Origin: Candidatus Woesearchaeota archaeon
GTDB lineage: Archaea; Nanobdellota; Nanobdellia; Pacearchaeales; GW2011-AR1
Direction: 5' to 3'
Assembly: GCA_964497435.1 (NCBI GenBank)
Contig: CAZCCD010000004.1
Coordinates: 14,501-23,588, forward strand
DNA: 9,088 bases
Shown: piece by piece, positions 7,264 through 9,088 of the stretch
How the letters are laid out: each line of letters opens with the position of its first letter
Position numbering within the stretch: the first letter of the stretch is position 1
Program-made: the position numbers and the translations under genes
Notes under the pieces: model-generated
Databases searched by the model: none
Told to the model about the DNA's origin: nothing
What the model saw: only the letters and a program-made list of their open reading frames with translations

Positions 7264-7519
7264 CGCCCTGTCCGAGATTCGAACTCGGGTCACGGCCGTT
7301 CTCTAAGCGCGGTGAAAACCGCGATTTGAAGTTCTTTTGGAACTTCTTTACCTCTCAAAAATTCTCTGAGGCTTAAATAAAAAGCCTGTCCTAAGAGGAC
7401 GCGAGTCATTGTCTCGACGACTATACTCATGCAATTTAATTAAGTTGAGAGGGCCGCATTCCTAGCCTCCCATATAGATTTTACTCCAAAATAGGATTTG
7501 GCCTCTGAACTAACAGGGC
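7264..7519 (-). tRNA. tRNA-Glu (anticodon CUC) with two introns: 36 nt in the D-loop (21/22) and 147 nt at the canonical 37/38 site
   Basis: The exons are 7519-7498, 7461-7446 and 7298-7264. They assemble to a 73-nt cloverleaf: GCCCTGT TA GTTC AGAGGCCAA GAAT G CGGCC CTCTCAC GGCCG TGAC CCGAG TTCGAAT CTCGG ACAGGGC G. Acceptor, anticodon and T stems all pair perfectly. Both introns sit in BHB motifs. Intron 1 has central helix GGCC/GGCU with bulges AA|A and AG|G. Intron 2 has central helix CUCU/AGAG with bulges CA|A and AA|C. No CCA is encoded. Confidence 0.78.
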
Positions 7520-7544
7520 GTCTAGGAAGAATAAAAGAAATTCA

Positions 7545-7552
7545 TTTATAAA
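7545..7552 (-). promoter_or_regulatory. TATA box for tRNA-Glu
   Basis: TTTATAAA spans -33 to -26 relative to tRNA position 1 (7519), and a purine-rich BRE-like AAAG lies immediately upstream on the minus strand. Confidence 0.45.
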
Positions 7553-7561
7553 CTTTATATT

Positions 7562-7813
7562 TTACTTGACTAAAAACACAGAATCATTAGGCCTGACTTT
7601 TTCAGGGACTTTTATTCCAATATGGTCTCCTTTTTTAGCAGATTTTACGGGTTTTCTTTCAATCTGTATTTCATCAATATCTGTTTCAAAGTCAGTTGTA
7701 TGGCCTTTTATATGGACTTTATCCCCTACTTTTAAGGTTCCTGTTAGCTTTATGGCTGCAACACCAACATGACTGAAAAAGCTAGACACTTTACCTATTT
7801 CCTTTTCTGCCAT
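7562..7813 (-). CDS. Small beta-barrel protein resembling translation-factor domain II (EF-Tu domain-2-like), 83 aa
   Basis: MAEKEIGKVSSFFSHVGVAAIKLTGTLKVGDKVHIKGHTTDFETDIDEIQIERKPVKSAKKGDHIGIKV resembles the G-x-V-x-G-x-L-K-V-GD...I-x-x-x-x-x-x-V-x-x-A-x-x-GD-x-(I/V)-G pattern of EF-Tu/IF2 domain II. The track start at 7831 is TTG. The ATG at 7811-7813 lies about 21 nt downstream of a TTTATATA box and is the preferred start. Confidence 0.6.
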   Translation of the reverse strand: MAEKEIGKVSSFFSHVGVAAIKLTGTLKVGDKVHIKGHTTDFETDIDEIQIERKPVKSAKKGDHIGIKVPEKVRPNDSVFLVK

Positions 7814-7902
7814 AACATAAATAAAAAGCAATAGTATATAAACTTTTCATATATCTTTTTTAATTACACAATCCTTAAATATAGTAGTTATTTGCATTAA
7901 AA

Positions 7903-8064
7903 ATGGCAACCGGCGATAAATCGTGTTTAAAATGTAAAGGAGAAGGTAGAATTGTGGAAAAAGACGGCACTATTCACATTTGTTATGATTGTCTTAGCAA
8001 AGGATTTATGGATCAGCATAATAAAGAGATAAAAGATGCTAGTGAGTTAGGGTTTAAGATTTGA
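7903..8064 (+). CDS. Zinc-ribbon mini-protein, 53 aa (too short for the ORF track)
   Basis: The manual translation is MATGDKSCLKCKGEGRIVEKDGTIHICYDCLSKGFMDQHNKEIKDASELGFKI*. It has two Cys pairs (CxxC...CxxC), the first in a DnaJ-like CxxCxGxG context. A TTAAATATA box lies about 20-28 nt upstream of the ATG. The gene is divergent from the beta-barrel gene. Confidence 0.5.
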   Translation: MATGDKSCLKCKGEGRIVEKDGTIHICYDCLSKGFMDQHNKEIKDASELGFKI

Positions 8065-8119
8065 TTCTTTGACAGAATTTCTTTTAACTTATATACTTTC
8101 TAATTCTTCTTAAAAGATG

Positions 8120-8240
8120 ATAGCCCTGCCAACTCATGACCTCACTTGTAATTCATAAAGTTAGTCTCATGAAATCATTCGGAATTCGAAAATGAAATAT
8201 TCCTAAGTTACGCGAACCCATTATGGTTTTCAACCATAAA
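8120..8240 (-). other. Conserved structured 3' module B, directly downstream of tRNA-Gln and ending in a repeat of the tRNA 3' acceptor strand
   Basis: Read on the minus strand, the module starts with the hairpin ATGGTT-GAAA-AACCAT. Next comes the invariant GGTTCGCGTAACT (8206-8218), then TTTCGAATTCCGA. A stem UCAUGA (8167-8172) / UCAUGA (8134-8139) follows. The module ends in TGGCAGGGCTAT (8120-8131), which is identical at 12 of 12 positions to the tRNA 3' end at 8240-8251. A T4 run follows. Confidence 0.45.
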
Positions 8241-8366
8241 TAGCCCTGCCAGGATTCGAACCTGGGTTACAGGATTTCTCTGCAGTTTTTCTCCAGAGTC
8301 CTGTATCTATGGTCCTTTTCTTAATTTTTACATCACAAAAAAGTTTGACCGCTAGACGACAGGGCT
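8241..8366 (-). tRNA. tRNA-Gln (anticodon CUG) with two introns: 36 nt in the D-loop (21/22) and 17 nt at 37/38
   Basis: The exons are 8366-8345, 8308-8293 and 8275-8241. They assemble to 73 nt: AGCCCTG TC GTCT AGCGGTCAA AGAT A CAGGA CTCTGGA TCCTG TAAC CCAGG TTCGAAT CCTGG CAGGGCT A. The A1:U72 pair and A73 are typical of archaeal tRNA-Gln. Intron 1 has central helix GGUC/GACC, inner helix CUUUU/AAAAG, and bulges AA|A and AU|A. Intron 2 has central helix CUCU/AGAG with bulges GG|A and AA|A. Confidence 0.82.
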
Positions 8367-8388
8367 ATAGAACTTTCTATGAAGTTTA

Positions 8389-8396
8389 ATTTAAAA
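8389..8396 (-). promoter_or_regulatory. TATA box for tRNA-Gln
   Basis: TTTTAAAT spans about -30 to -23 relative to tRNA position 1 (8366). Confidence 0.4.
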
Positions 8397-8449
8397 GCTT
8401 GTTGTTTGGTTATGGAAATATTTTTATACATCTATTATCTTAGTTTTTC

Positions 8450-8776
8450 ATGGCATCTGGATTTGCTATAGCAGTTATTATAGGAATTATAATACTCATA
8501 TGGCTTTTGTTTGAAGTAAAGAGGGCGAGGCATAAAATGTTTGCTATTTTTTTAATAGCCTTGATATTATTTTCTTATTTCAGTTTTACATATGTTATAA
8601 GAGATAAAGATGTGAATTTAAAGAGTTTTTCAGGAATGGCCGAGGCAGGAAAACTTTATTTTTCATGGCTTGGCTCTCTTTTCGGAAATTTTAAGGAAAT
8701 AACAGCCAATGCAATAAAAATGGATTGGAAAGGAAAAGATGTCGATAAAAAAAATTCAACGCGTTATGTAAGTTAA
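8450..8776 (+). CDS. Small membrane protein (108 aa, 2 predicted TM) with a C-terminal KEITxNxIxxDWK motif
   Basis: The hydrophobic segments are FAIAVIIGIIILIWLLF and MFAIFLIALILFSYFSFTYV. The C-terminal region SLFGNFKEITANAIKMDWKGK is shared with the next ORF. A TATA-like TTTTTATAC lies about 20 nt upstream. Confidence 0.6.
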   Translation: MASGFAIAVIIGIIILIWLLFEVKRARHKMFAIFLIALILFSYFSFTYVIRDKDVNLKSFSGMAEAGKLYFSWLGSLFGNFKEITANAIKMDWKGKDVDKKNSTRYVS

Positions 8777-8777
8777 T

Positions 8778-8975
8778 ATGAAATTTTTAATAATTTTAAC
8801 AATGGTTTTGTTTTTAAGCGCTCTTTTTATTATAAGCAACAATAATATATCTTTTAAAGATTCTAAAGAAGTTAGTGTTTTCTTTGAGCTTTGGATTAAC
8901 TGGAATTCCAAAATATTTAGCAATATAAAAGAAATAACTGGAAATGTCATTAGATTGGATTGGAAGCCTGAATGA
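8778..8975 (+). CDS. Small membrane or secreted protein (65 aa, 1 N-terminal TM or signal segment), paralog of the upstream gene
   Basis: The N-terminus MKFLIILTMVLFLSALFII is hydrophobic. The C-terminus KIFSNIKEITGNVIRLDWKPE aligns with the upstream protein at 11 of 21 positions. The ATG comes 1 nt after the upstream stop. This paralogy supports the plus-strand ORFs over the overlapping minus-strand ORFs. Confidence 0.5.
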   Translation: MKFLIILTMVLFLSALFIISNNNISFKDSKEVSVFFELWINWNSKIFSNIKEITGNVIRLDWKPE

Positions 8976-9088
8976 GATTTTTTTGTGATTAATTCCCACC
9001 CCATAAATTACCTCGCTCTAAGGTCGCTCGATATTAATAGTAGTTAACTAGATTTTCTTTGGTAAATCTGCTTTAAATTATAATAATT

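Noticed and set aside
7155-7376. 73-aa plus-strand ORF
   Set aside because: It lies entirely antisense to tRNA-Glu exon 3, the 147-nt intron and 3' module A. The open frame results from GC-rich RNA-gene sequence.
7299-7445. C/D box sRNA embedded in the large tRNA-Glu intron
   Set aside because: The best C-box-like strings (AUGAGUA, AAUGACU) have two mismatches to RUGAUGA, and there is no CUGA D box in a suitable position. The idea is not supported by sequence alone.
7566-7772. 68-aa plus-strand ORF
   Set aside because: It is antisense to the beta-barrel protein gene, which has domain-like sequence and a properly spaced TATA box.
8756-9004. Minus-strand ORFs 8756-9004 and 8814-8999
   Set aside because: They overlap the plus-strand 65-aa ORF, whose paralogy to the upstream 108-aa protein supports plus-strand coding.
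8990-9045. Short GC-enriched patch with the direct repeat TCGCTC-TAAGG-TCGCTC and a CCCACCCC run near the right edge
   Set aside because: It is too short and too close to the window edge to interpret, and no tRNA arm or stable helix could be built. It may be the edge of another RNA gene or a regulatory site, but this is unsupported.
1-9088. CRISPR arrays, IS elements or transposases, rRNA genes
   Set aside because: The window contains no regularly spaced repeats, no transposase- or integrase-like ORFs, and no rRNA-like conserved stretches.

Overview
AT-rich window (roughly 30% GC by eye) with archaeal hallmarks: TATA-box promoters about 25 nt upstream of genes, tRNA introns flanked by bulge-helix-bulge (BHB) motifs, a tRNA-Gln with an A1:U72 pair, and an intein. 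I infer a small-genome, possibly DPANN-like archaeon. Minus strand, left to right: a short 5' gene fragment; an AMP-forming acetyl-CoA synthetase split in its YTSG/TTGKPKG phosphate-binding motif by a 464-aa LAGLIDADG intein; a small membrane protein translationally coupled to a CYTH (CyaB/ThTPase-like) protein; and a GC-rich structured island of about 185 nt that is probably an ncRNA. Plus strand: two tandem saccharopine-dehydrogenase-family paralogs. The right-hand third holds the most unusual content. tRNA-Glu(CUC) and tRNA-Gln(CUG), both on the minus strand, each carry two introns: homologous 36-nt D-loop introns at the same non-canonical site, plus an anticodon-loop intron that is 147 nt and highly structured in tRNA-Glu. 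Each tRNA is followed directly by a homologous structured module of about 120 nt that ends in a direct repeat of that tRNA's own 3' acceptor strand. I could not assign this module to any RNA or mobile-element class I know. Also present are a small EF-Tu-domain-2-like beta-barrel protein, a 53-aa zinc-ribbon ORF missing from the ORF track, and two tandem paralogous small membrane proteins. All calls come from reading the sequence by eye; no searches or folding programs were run.
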